Below, in pieces: positions 23,067-30,222 of a stretch of 32,000 bases of DNA. The position numbers were made by a program, and so were the translations under genes. This DNA is from Pyrodictium abyssi. GTDB lineage: Archaea; Thermoproteota; Thermoprotei_A; Sulfolobales; Pyrodictiaceae. The stretch spans positions 210,001-242,000 of the forward strand of contig NZ_AP028907.1 in NCBI RefSeq assembly GCF_036323395.1, in the 5' to 3' direction. The first letter of the stretch is position 1. The number at the start of each line of letters is the position of its first letter. Under the pieces are notes generated by a model. The model was not told the DNA's origin, ran no database searches, and was given only the letters and a program-made list of their open reading frames with translations.

Positions 23067-25640
23067 TTAGCTACGACGGTAGACTATTGATAGGCCTAGG
23101 GCTATTATTGCTGCTGCTAGGGCTATGCCGCCTAGTGTGTAGGCCGTTGTAGATACGCTATCTATCTTGCTGCTTAGCTCGTCGATCTTCTTGCTTATCT
23201 CCTCTACCATGCTTATTGCCTTGCCGGCCTTGGTGCCGGCCTCCTCTGCCTTCGCGCTGGCCTCCTCGGCCTTGGCGCTAGCCGCTTCGGCCTTCTGGCC
23301 TAGTGTCTGTAGCTGGCTGGTTACCTGCTGTATCTGGGATACTAGCTTCTGTATCTCCTTGGCCTGTGGGCTTAGTGTCTCTAGCTGCTTGCTTAGCTCC
23401 TGTAGCTTCTGTACTAGGCTATTCACATCCTCCTTTAGAGCACCTACGTCGCCCTTGAGGGCGCCTACGTCAGCTACGCCAGCCTCTAGGCTCTGTAGCT
23501 GGCTCTTTAATACTGGCACCTGCGCCTCTAGGGCGGCTAGCTGCGCCTTTAGGCTCTCTAGCTCGCGCTGTAGCTGCGCTATCTGTGCTGCTAGCTCTGG
23601 TGTGTACTGGGCGCCTGCACTAGCCTTTAGTGCCTGTATCTGGGACTCTAGCTGCTTTATCTTCAGGGCTGTGTATAGGTAGCTGGTCATTCTGCCTAGC
23701 TTGTCCATTACTGTGTCAACTATACCGAACCAGTGGGCGAAGTCTGGACCCATCATGAAGGCGCCGTTCCTCCAGCGGCGGCCCTCGTGGTGCCATATGT
23801 AGTACCACATTATCTCCATGTACTCGTCTAATATGTTGCTGTTGTCGTGTATACCCTCCTTCCATGCTAGCTGTAGTAGCGCGTTAGCGTACCTGGCTAC
23901 TATGTCGTAGTCTATTATGTTCTGGTCAGCTGTGCGGAAGAAGTTCTCAGTCCACTGGGTGCTGTGGCATAGCTTACATACTGCCTCCATCTCGGCGCGG
24001 TGCTTGGCTAGCTCGCCAGTGTACTCTACCTTCAGCAGCCTCGGGAACTTGGTCTCGCCGACCTTGCCGCCATCCTCTACTATCTTCACGCCAGTGAATA
24101 CTGGGTACTTGTAGTGCTCGGGAGCCTTGTCGTTCTTCTTGGCCTCTATCTGCTCTAGCTTACCCTTTAGCTGGCTCCAGCCGTAGAATAGTGCCTGCTG
24201 CATCTTGTCGGGTATTATGCCCTTAGGTATGCTGAAGAAGTGCATCTGGTCCCATACTAGCCTCTTCACTAGGTCGTGTGTACCCTGCACCAGTATGTTG
24301 CCGTTAGCGTCGGCTATGGCGCTCATGTGACACGTTGCACATGTTGGTGCATTGAAGTCTACGCCTACGCGCCATGGTATCTGCTCCCAGTTCCACTCTT
24401 CACCATAAGCAGTGGCTATGTTGCCGTGCTTGCTCTCCTCGTAGATCTCTATGTGCGGGTGGTCATAGCCTAGGTGGCACTGACCACATGTCCATGGCTC
24501 GCGTGCCTGCTTCACACTGAAGAGGTGCCTCGGGTGGCACGCTGTACATGTACCCATGCTACCGTCGGGGTCTACACGGGCTGCACCGTTGTTTGGCCAG
24601 CCCCATAGCGCTACCCTGTTCACCTGCATGCCGTTGATCTGTACTGTCTCCTTCTTGTAGGGTATTACTACTGAGCCGTGGCACTCGAAGCACGCGTGGT
24701 AGACGTAGCCGTTCCGGAAGGATGGGTGCTCCATTATGTTGCTTACCGCCTTGCTTGTGCCGTCCATAGCGGTTACTGCTATCTTTATACCCATCTTGCC
24801 CACGAGGGTTGTGTTTAGTACACCGCTGGCAGGCCATAGTGGGCTTATGAATGTCTTCCAGTCCTTGTCGTAAGGTGTCACCATGCCGGTAGCCTGCTTG
24901 AGCATCTTTACTATGTCGTTCTCCTGGCCGGTCTCTAGGTACTGCATTACTGCTTTCGCGATCTCCTTGTAGAAGTCCCAGTTGATGTCGTCTACGTCAC
25001 GCTGCTTGGTTAGGTATGGTGGGAAGTACTTCTCGTATAGAGCCTTGGCCTGGGCATCGCCGAATGGGTCTGCACCCTGGCTCTTGGCCCACTTGAGTAT
25101 GCCCAGGTACCATGGCTTGAACGGGGACATTAACGCACCTGTTGCATGCCAGGTCCAGCTTATCTCTGTGCTCTCCTTGGGGTGGCACTGGCTGCAGTCC
25201 TTCCTGGTGACCACGGTTACTATCTTGTAGCCGAAGTGGTTGTCTATAATGTCTGGCCTATCAGCCTCCTTGAACATGCCGTGGCATTCGTAGCAGCCTA
25301 CTACGTACTGGTAGTTCTTAAACTTTTCAGCCACCTTATCTGCCCATTCTGAGGCACCTATAGCCTTATAGAGGTCTGCAAGAGCCGCTGGTGTCATCTC
25401 GGCGTGCTCGCTGTTGGCCCAGTCGTACACGATGCCAGGCGTGTACTGGACATGGCAGCTTAGACATGCCCTGGTTTGCGGGCTGACCTTGTTGCTTTGC
25501 ATTAGCTCCTGGACCTTGGCTGCGAGGTCGTCGCCGAACTGGGCTGCGCCAGCTGGCACTGCCATGCCAGCTACTAGGAGGAGGGATATGGCTAGGATAC
25601 CGGCTACCAGGAAGCGCCTCATGACTAGCATGCCCTCCAC
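23067..25640 (-). CDS. Octahaem c-type cytochrome, HAO (hydroxylamine oxidoreductase)-family-like head with a long C-terminal coiled-coil stalk and TM anchor
   Basis: There are eight CxxCH motifs: CLSCH, CYECH, CSQCH, CFECH, CTACH, CGQCH, CATCH and CKLCH. The block CTACHPRHLFSVKQAREPWTCGQCHLGYDHPHIEIYEESKHG matches my recollection of the conserved HAO-family core (CxxCHxRHxF...CxxCHxGxDH...SKHG). A signal peptide is present (MRRFLVAGILAISLLLVAGMAVPAGAA). The last 199 aa comprise ~172 aa of heptad-rich A/E/K/L/Q sequence, then the TM helix GGIALAAAIIALGLSIVY and an RRS tail. Possible starts are GTG 25640, ATG 25631 or ATG 25622. Confidence 0.85.
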   Translation of the reverse strand: MEGMLVMRRFLVAGILAISLLLVAGMAVPAGAAQFGDDLAAKVQELMQSNKVSPQTRACLSCHVQYTPGIVYDWANSEHAEMTPAALADLYKAIGASEWADKVAEKFKNYQYVVGCYECHGMFKEADRPDIIDNHFGYKIVTVVTRKDCSQCHPKESTEISWTWHATGALMSPFKPWYLGILKWAKSQGADPFGDAQAKALYEKYFPPYLTKQRDVDDINWDFYKEIAKAVMQYLETGQENDIVKMLKQATGMVTPYDKDWKTFISPLWPASGVLNTTLVGKMGIKIAVTAMDGTSKAVSNIMEHPSFRNGYVYHACFECHGSVVIPYKKETVQINGMQVNRVALWGWPNNGAARVDPDGSMGTCTACHPRHLFSVKQAREPWTCGQCHLGYDHPHIEIYEESKHGNIATAYGEEWNWEQIPWRVGVDFNAPTCATCHMSAIADANGNILVQGTHDLVKRLVWDQMHFFSIPKGIIPDKMQQALFYGWSQLKGKLEQIEAKKNDKAPEHYKYPVFTGVKIVEDGGKVGETKFPRLLKVEYTGELAKHRAEMEAVCKLCHSTQWTENFFRTADQNIIDYDIVARYANALLQLAWKEGIHDNSNILDEYMEIMWYYIWHHEGRRWRNGAFMMGPDFAHWFGIVDTVMDKLGRMTSYLYTALKIKQLESQIQALKASAGAQYTPELAAQIAQLQRELESLKAQLAALEAQVPVLKSQLQSLEAGVADVGALKGDVGALKEDVNSLVQKLQELSKQLETLSPQAKEIQKLVSQIQQVTSQLQTLGQKAEAASAKAEEASAKAEEAGTKAGKAISMVEEISKKIDELSSKIDSVSTTAYTLGGIALAAAIIALGLSIVYRRS
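23239..23301. repeat. Three tandem 21-nt units (one heptad each) inside the stalk-coding region
   Basis: The units are gcctcctctgccttcgcgctg, gcctcctcggccttggcgcta and gccgcttcggccttctggcct. Together they encode QKAEAAS-AKAEEAS-AKAEEAG on the minus strand. A second 21-nt-spaced partial repeat (gc[a/g]cctacgtc) at 23440-23481 encodes GALKGDV/GALKEDV. Confidence 0.7.
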
Positions 25641-25896
25641 GCACCCTTATCTTAGCCGTGATAGTCAATATTCGTAGTGCGCAACTAGTTATGTTTGCAA
25701 CCCTAATTTTTCGGCGCTCCACGACACAATTAACTATAGTTTCAATAACTACTGTAATAATACTAAGCGATGCATCCGTTGAACAGCGTCTATATCATGC
25801 TATCCGGCCGCACCGCGTCCTCAACCGTGTTGCCGTGCGTATGCGCCTATATCCCAGCATCAGTGGAGCCTGGGGTTGCCCGGGGTGCCGGGAGGC
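25641..25896. promoter_or_regulatory. A+T-rich divergent intergenic region between the octahaem cytochrome (-) and the SDR (+)
   Basis: For the minus-strand gene, cgaatattgac lies about 30 nt upstream of GTG 25640. For the plus-strand gene, cgcctatatccc lies about 45 nt upstream of ATG 25897, which also has a GGGAGG ribosome-binding site. These are candidate TATA boxes only. Confidence 0.3.
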
Positions 25897-26679
25897 ATGT
25901 TTGGGCTCCAGGGTCTCCGTGTACTTGTGACAGCCTCTACACGTGGCATAGGCCGTGGCGTAGCCGAGGTTCTACTCAGCGAGGGCGCCAGGGTAGTCAT
26001 TAACGGCCGTAGCACTGAAAGCGTCGAGAAGGCTGTCGCAGAGCTACGGGGCAGAGGCGAGGTACACGGTATAGCCGCAGACATCACGGTTAGAGACGAT
26101 GTAGAGAGGCTCGTAGAGGAGGCCGCCGGGCTACTAGGGGGCCTCGACGCCGTAGTCTATGTCGCTGGGCCTCCGCGGCCCGGCGTCTTCGAGGAGCTTG
26201 GCCTAGAGGACTGGGAGTACGGTGTTAGGCTTCTCGTGCTCAGTGCGGTGTGGACTGCGTTCTATGCCCTGCCCTATCTGAAGCAGAGCAGTAGACCGGG
26301 CCTAGTCTACGTCACCAGTATTGCCACGAAGGAGCCGGTGGAGGGCCTTACCCTGTCCAACGCGTTGAGAGTTGCTGTGCACGGTCTTGTGAAGACGTTG
26401 TCGCGGGAGCTAGCCCGCTATGGGGTGAGGGTTAACGCGGTCATGCCGGGCTACATTATGACTGACCGGGTGCGCCAGATAGCCGAGGCGAGGGCTGCTA
26501 AGGAGGGCCGCAGCCCTGAGGAGGTCCTCCGGGATATAGCTAGGACTATCCCGCTGGGCAGGCTGGGCGAGCCGCGGGAGGTGGGCTACCTGGTAGCGTT
26601 CCTGCTGAGCCCCTACGCGGGCTACATTACTGGCGCCTCGATACCGGTTGACGGCGGCCTCCTGCGCTCCGTATTCTAG
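25897..26679 (+). CDS. Short-chain dehydrogenase/reductase (FabG-like fold) lacking the canonical catalytic Tyr/Lys
   Basis: It has a Rossmann motif (VTASTRGIGRG) and the blocks VNAVMPGYIMTD and ITGASIPVDGG. The conserved Ser is present (VTSIAT). The YxxxK position 13 residues later reads S-N-A-L-R, verified at 26356-26370. The likely start is ATG 25897, seven codons inside the track ORF. Confidence 0.8.
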   Translation: MFGLQGLRVLVTASTRGIGRGVAEVLLSEGARVVINGRSTESVEKAVAELRGRGEVHGIAADITVRDDVERLVEEAAGLLGGLDAVVYVAGPPRPGVFEELGLEDWEYGVRLLVLSAVWTAFYALPYLKQSSRPGLVYVTSIATKEPVEGLTLSNALRVAVHGLVKTLSRELARYGVRVNAVMPGYIMTDRVRQIAEARAAKEGRSPEEVLRDIARTIPLGRLGEPREVGYLVAFLLSPYAGYITGASIPVDGGLLRSVF

Positions 26680-26741
26680 ACGGTCATCGACGCTTAGAAG
26701 GGGCTGGCTTGCCGTGTTTCTTCCGCCACGGGTACCCTGGC

Positions 26742-28172
26742 ATGAACACTGCCACGCAGACCGGCGGCGTAGTGAGAGTGAGGATACGGGGCATATACGC
26801 TACTGCGCTGACACGGCTCATAATCGACGCGGGGTTCCAGGTGGTCCAGCCTTCTAGGGTGATAGCCGACCGGTTTAACCTACCGCAGCTCACACTACCA
26901 GCCGACGTAACCATAAAGAATAGTGATAGCGACCCCTCGGAGCTGCTGATAGTCGGCTACGAATGGGCCGTCGATAAGGTTCTCGAGAAGCTCCGGGAGC
27001 CGCTCCCCTACTCGTTCTACTGGCGTTCCAGCCTCCCTCTGCATGCCACTGTGAAGGCCCGTATCCGGGGCCTCTCCGGCGACGTGTGTATAGCCGAAGT
27101 CTCCGGCGTTGAGGCCGAGCTGCTAGTCGGCAGGGAGGAGTGCGAGCCTGGCAGAGAGGTTGTGGCGTCGGTTGTTAGGCCTGGCGTGAAGCCGGGGGAG
27201 AGGCCCCGTCTCGCTCCGGGAGCCCGTGTTATAGGCGACTACGCGATACTCATGGAGTCTGTGCGTCCGAGGGCTACTGTGAGCGAGCATGTGCGTAACC
27301 CCGAGAAGCGGGCCGAGCTTGTGGTGCTGGCGTCGGAGTACACAGAGAGAGGGCTTAGTGTCCACTGGAGGAGTAGTAGTCAGCACGCCGACCCCCAGGT
27401 TCTCACACAGCATCTCCGGGAGCTCTACAACGCGCTCCTCGAGGTCAGGGAGAGGGCTGAGAAGAGTGAGCCAGGGGTATACAGTGTAGGCGAGGCTGTC
27501 GTACTGGTCAGACTGAGTAGTGTCGACAAGGCTACGCTTGATAGGATACGCGACACAGTGGTTCCGACCATAGAGCTCCATCACAGCGTTAAGAGCCTAG
27601 CCCCCGGGTTCTCGGCCGTTGTGGACTATGCTGAGAAGCTTAAGGCCAGGGGTGTAGACTCCGGCCTCCTATCCGAGGCTCTACTAGAGATGATTGGCGA
27701 GAGCCTAGTCTCCTCGCGTAGCGTTAAGCTAGTCCACGTAAAGCCCGACGGCACTGTGGTCGAGCTCGGCCGTGGCGAGGTGAAGAACGCCTACATGGAC
27801 CGTGGCCGCCTTATAGTAGTTGTCGAGAGGCGCGTAAGGAGCCGTGGTGTCTACGACGGGCTCGGTGTGGAGAAGGAGCCCGGTGACCGCATAGTGACAG
27901 AGATAGACACCAGCTCATGGCTTATAAAGCACACCTACTACTCCAGGAGCGGCGAGGTGAAGGGTGTCTACATCAACGTCAATACGCCGCCCGAGGTCTC
28001 AGAGGATTCCATAGTCTATCTCGACCTCGAGGTGGACGTTGTAAGGAGGCCTGGCGAGAAGCCACGTATAATAGACGAGGAGGAGCTACGAAAAGCGCTA
28101 GAGGCCGGAATCATCACCGAAAAACTATACCAAGAAGCAATGGAGAAGGCAAGAAAGGCGCTAGGAAGTTAA
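26742..28172 (+). CDS. FAU-1 / RNase E/G-like RNA-binding protein with C-terminal DUF402 domain
   Basis: About 476 aa. The N-terminus (VRVRIRGIYATALTRLIIDAGFQVVQPS) and the C-terminal block (GVYINVNTPPEVSEDSIVYLDLEVDVVRRPGEKPRIIDEEEL) fit the archaeal FAU-1 family. The call is by recall, not by search. ATG 26742 is preferred over TTG 26709. Confidence 0.7.
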   Translation: MNTATQTGGVVRVRIRGIYATALTRLIIDAGFQVVQPSRVIADRFNLPQLTLPADVTIKNSDSDPSELLIVGYEWAVDKVLEKLREPLPYSFYWRSSLPLHATVKARIRGLSGDVCIAEVSGVEAELLVGREECEPGREVVASVVRPGVKPGERPRLAPGARVIGDYAILMESVRPRATVSEHVRNPEKRAELVVLASEYTERGLSVHWRSSSQHADPQVLTQHLRELYNALLEVRERAEKSEPGVYSVGEAVVLVRLSSVDKATLDRIRDTVVPTIELHHSVKSLAPGFSAVVDYAEKLKARGVDSGLLSEALLEMIGESLVSSRSVKLVHVKPDGTVVELGRGEVKNAYMDRGRLIVVVERRVRSRGVYDGLGVEKEPGDRIVTEIDTSSWLIKHTYYSRSGEVKGVYINVNTPPEVSEDSIVYLDLEVDVVRRPGEKPRIIDEEELRKALEAGIITEKLYQEAMEKARKALGS

Positions 28173-28173
28173 G

Positions 28174-28182
28174 TATTATAAA
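28174..28182 (+). promoter_or_regulatory. Candidate TATA box upstream of tRNA-Leu
   Basis: The sequence tattataaa lies about 48 nt upstream of the mature tRNA 5' end. This implies a ~20-nt leader removed by RNase P. Confidence 0.35.
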
Positions 28183-28225
28183 GCCCCAGAATAGGAGACC
28201 CGTTCTATGGAGCTTCCTGGCGGGC

Positions 28226-28313
28226 GCGGGGGTGCCCGAGCCAGGTCAAAGGGGGCGGGCTCAGGACCCGCTGGCGTAGGCCTGCGTGGGTTCAAATCCC
28301 ACCCCCCGCACCA
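28226..28313 (+). tRNA. tRNA-Leu (anticodon CAG), class II with long variable arm, CCA encoded
   Basis: Folded by hand. The acceptor stem is GCGGGGG/CCCCCGC and the D-arm has GG in its loop. The anticodon stem is GCGGG/CCCGC with loop CU-CAG-GA. The 14-nt variable arm has a GGC/GCC stem. The T-arm is GUGGG-UUCAAAU-CCCAC, followed by discriminator A and then CCA. No intron is present. Confidence 0.92.
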
Positions 28314-28434
28314 CATACCACCTATCCTCTAATAGCGCAATACTTCCGCTTCTCCCCCTCCCCAGCGACCCGGGTTACATGTCCTGTCATATACACCCCT
28401 CAAGGTAACACCGTTTAAGCCCGGGGCAAGAGTC

Positions 28435-28638
28435 TTGCAGCGGATAGTTACATTCAAGATAGAAGAAGACATGCTTATGCTACTGGACCGCTACGCGAGG
28501 ATGCGCAAGCTGACTAGAAGCGAGGTGATAAGAGAGGCCATAGAAAGGCTGCTGCGCAGTGAGGGCATAGAGATACCCAGGAGGCGTCCACAGATAAAGT
28601 ACGATCCGCGCACACCCCTAATAGAGGTCTCTATATGA
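28435..28638 (+). CDS. Ribbon-helix-helix (CopG/MetJ-like) DNA-binding protein
   Basis: 67 aa. [41 protein letters not shown] fits the RHH pattern of a beta-strand, helix A, and then a helix B containing SEVIREAI. It uses a TTG start about 20 nt downstream of a gtttaagc TATA-like element. Confidence 0.6.
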   Translation: MQRIVTFKIEEDMLMLLDRYARMRKLTRSEVIREAIERLLRSEGIEIPRRRPQIKYDPRTPLIEVSI

Positions 28639-28901
28639 CACTACACGCCCCTTATATAGTACTTGTTTTCGCAGCCCAGCCCCGTCGACTGTTGCTCGTA
28701 TCCCGCTATGCTTGCCTTCTACAACTCTATGTTCCGGGGCCCGTCTCAGTCTAGGAGGCTAGGCACCTGGAGGAGGATGTGTATCTGGTCTAGTCTAGAG
28801 TATTGGTCTGGGGCTTGTCCCCGTGTCCTGCTCCCCGGGGAAAAACGCTGTTCAGGGCCCACCTTGGACATCGCGAGGTGTGTGTGCCGTTGCGTGCTGG
28901 C

Positions 28902-29174
28902 TTAGTCTCTGACGGTCTCTAGGAGTGATATTACGTTCCAGATTATTGTCCTAGCGTATACCGGCATGTTGGGGTCCTGGCTTATCTCGTCGAGTATGCT
29001 GATCGCGTTTGCTGCTCTTACGCCGGGGCTAAGGCTCTCGTCACGAAGCTGCTTTATTGCCTCGGTTGCGGCGCGGCGGATGTTGCGTGGCACTGCTGTG
29101 TCGTTTATTATCCTCATTAGCATTACTATTGCCTGCCTTATCTTGGCCTCATTGTCGTATATGGGTGCCGCCAT
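28902..29174 (-). CDS. UPF0147-family conserved archaeal protein
   Basis: 90 aa. ...[60 protein letters not shown]... matches my recollection of the UPF0147 family (HEAT-like helical repeat). Confidence 0.75.
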   Translation of the reverse strand: MAAPIYDNEAKIRQAIVMLMRIINDTAVPRNIRRAATEAIKQLRDESLSPGVRAANAISILDEISQDPNMPVYARTIIWNVISLLETVRD

Positions 29175-29363
29175 GGTAACACCCCCGCTCTGGCTCCTCG
29201 AAGGGTGTGCTTTGGCCAGCTTTGTACGGGGTGAGGGGCCTAAGCGGCCCCTAGCTGCACACCCTAGCTGACCCCTCTGCCTCGTCCGGGGGATGCTTTA
29301 AACTCAGCCTTATTACGTTGCCCTCGCAGAGGCTCCGGAGCCTAGTAGAATGGGTGTGTAGGG

Positions 29364-29780
29364 TTGGAGAGGGGCCGCAGCCCGGAAGTCATCAAGCGCA
29401 TGGCTGACCTGCTGCGCGCTGGAGCTGCTATGCTGTCTGAACGGTGCCCCGCGTGCGGGCTTCCCCTGTTCCGTCTCCGGAGCGGCGAGATAGTCTGCCC
29501 GGTCCACGGGCGTGTCTACATAGTCCGCGACGAGAGCGAGGCATCGCGGGTTACGGTGCGCGGCGTTCTAGAGGAGCTAGAGAGGTTTGTCGCCCACCGC
29601 CTCAGCGATGTAGTGAGGCGTGCAGGGGCCGCGCCCGGGAGCAGCGTGGCCGATGAGCTGCGGAGCTGGCTCGACGTGCTTGAGCGGGTTGAGAGGATCC
29701 TCGGCATGATATCCGCGTCGGCCGGAGAGGAGGGCTCAGGCGGGTCTGAGAAACCCCCGGCTAGGAAACAGTCCGGCTAG
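29364..29780 (+). CDS. UPF0148 / autoantigen-p27-like zinc-ribbon protein
   Basis: MADLLRAGAAMLSERCPACGLPLFRLRSGEIVCPVHG is the family's zinc-ribbon core. The start is uncertain, either TTG 29364 or ATG 29400. The gene is divergent from UPF0147. Confidence 0.7.
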   Translation: MERGRSPEVIKRMADLLRAGAAMLSERCPACGLPLFRLRSGEIVCPVHGRVYIVRDESEASRVTVRGVLEELERFVAHRLSDVVRRAGAAPGSSVADELRSWLDVLERVERILGMISASAGEEGSGGSEKPPARKQSG

Positions 29781-29793
29781 CCTTTCATCTCCT

Positions 29794-30195
29794 TTACTCG
29801 CTACACTCGATTGCTAGTAGTGCTTTTGGCGGCTTTGATTCGAGCTCCGCCCTGCAGCCGTCGCGGAGACTCTCTAGGACCTTTCTGGGTAGGCCTGCAG
29901 CCAGGGGCACTGAGGCCATTACCGCGCCTGCTACGAGTATAGGCTCCGCCTCTACCACGACTATGGCTGAGGGGGCTAGCCCGCGCCTGGACAACGCGTA
30001 GAGTATGTAGGGGCCCACGGTGCTTCCCCGCCCGCCCTCTATGACTAGTATCTTTCCAGCTATACTGCGGCCGTCTACGAGTGTGCCCTTCTCGGGGTCT
30101 ACCTCCCCGTAGAAGGATAGCCGGCCCATGACCACCAGAGTTTCGCCAGCAGCACGGCCCTCTACGAGGCCGCGTAGCTCGAAGCGCTCCATCAT
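29794..30195 (-). CDS. Aconitase X swivel-domain protein (DUF126): phosphomevalonate dehydratase small subunit
   Basis: 133 aa. GEVDPEKGTLVDGRSIAGKILVIEGGRGSTVGPYILYAL is a typical AcnX small-subunit block. The gene lies directly downstream of the DUF521 large subunit. Confidence 0.85.
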   Translation of the reverse strand: MMERFELRGLVEGRAAGETLVVMGRLSFYGEVDPEKGTLVDGRSIAGKILVIEGGRGSTVGPYILYALSRRGLAPSAIVVVEAEPILVAGAVMASVPLAAGLPRKVLESLRDGCRAELESKPPKALLAIECSE

Positions 30196-30222
30196 CCCCG
30201 GTCCCTCGACGCAGGTGAGCCA

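Noticed and set aside
23167-23682. 171-aa plus-strand ORF (Ser/Ala/Cys/Leu-rich)
   Set aside because: It is the antisense reading of the heptad-repeat stalk of the octahaem cytochrome. The open frame is a by-product of the codon-periodic repeat.
23067-25640. Interpreting the octahaem protein as an NrfA-type ammonifying nitrite reductase, or as an MtrA/OmcA-type metal reductase
   Set aside because: No CxxCK haem motif is present anywhere in the window, which argues against NrfA. The motif spacing and the RHxF/DH/SKHG block fit the HAO family better than decahaem Mtr proteins. Function remains open rather than assigned.
28173-28901. Calling this region an integrated mobile element
   Set aside because: There is no integrase, no detectable direct repeat of the tRNA 3' end, and no viral hallmark genes. 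It is kept only as a low-interest hypothesis.
28663-28905. 80-aa TTG-initiated ORF downstream of the RHH gene
   Set aside because: It has an implausible Cys/Trp/Arg-rich composition, no ribosome-binding site or promoter, and no recognisable fold. I treat the region as non-coding or decayed.
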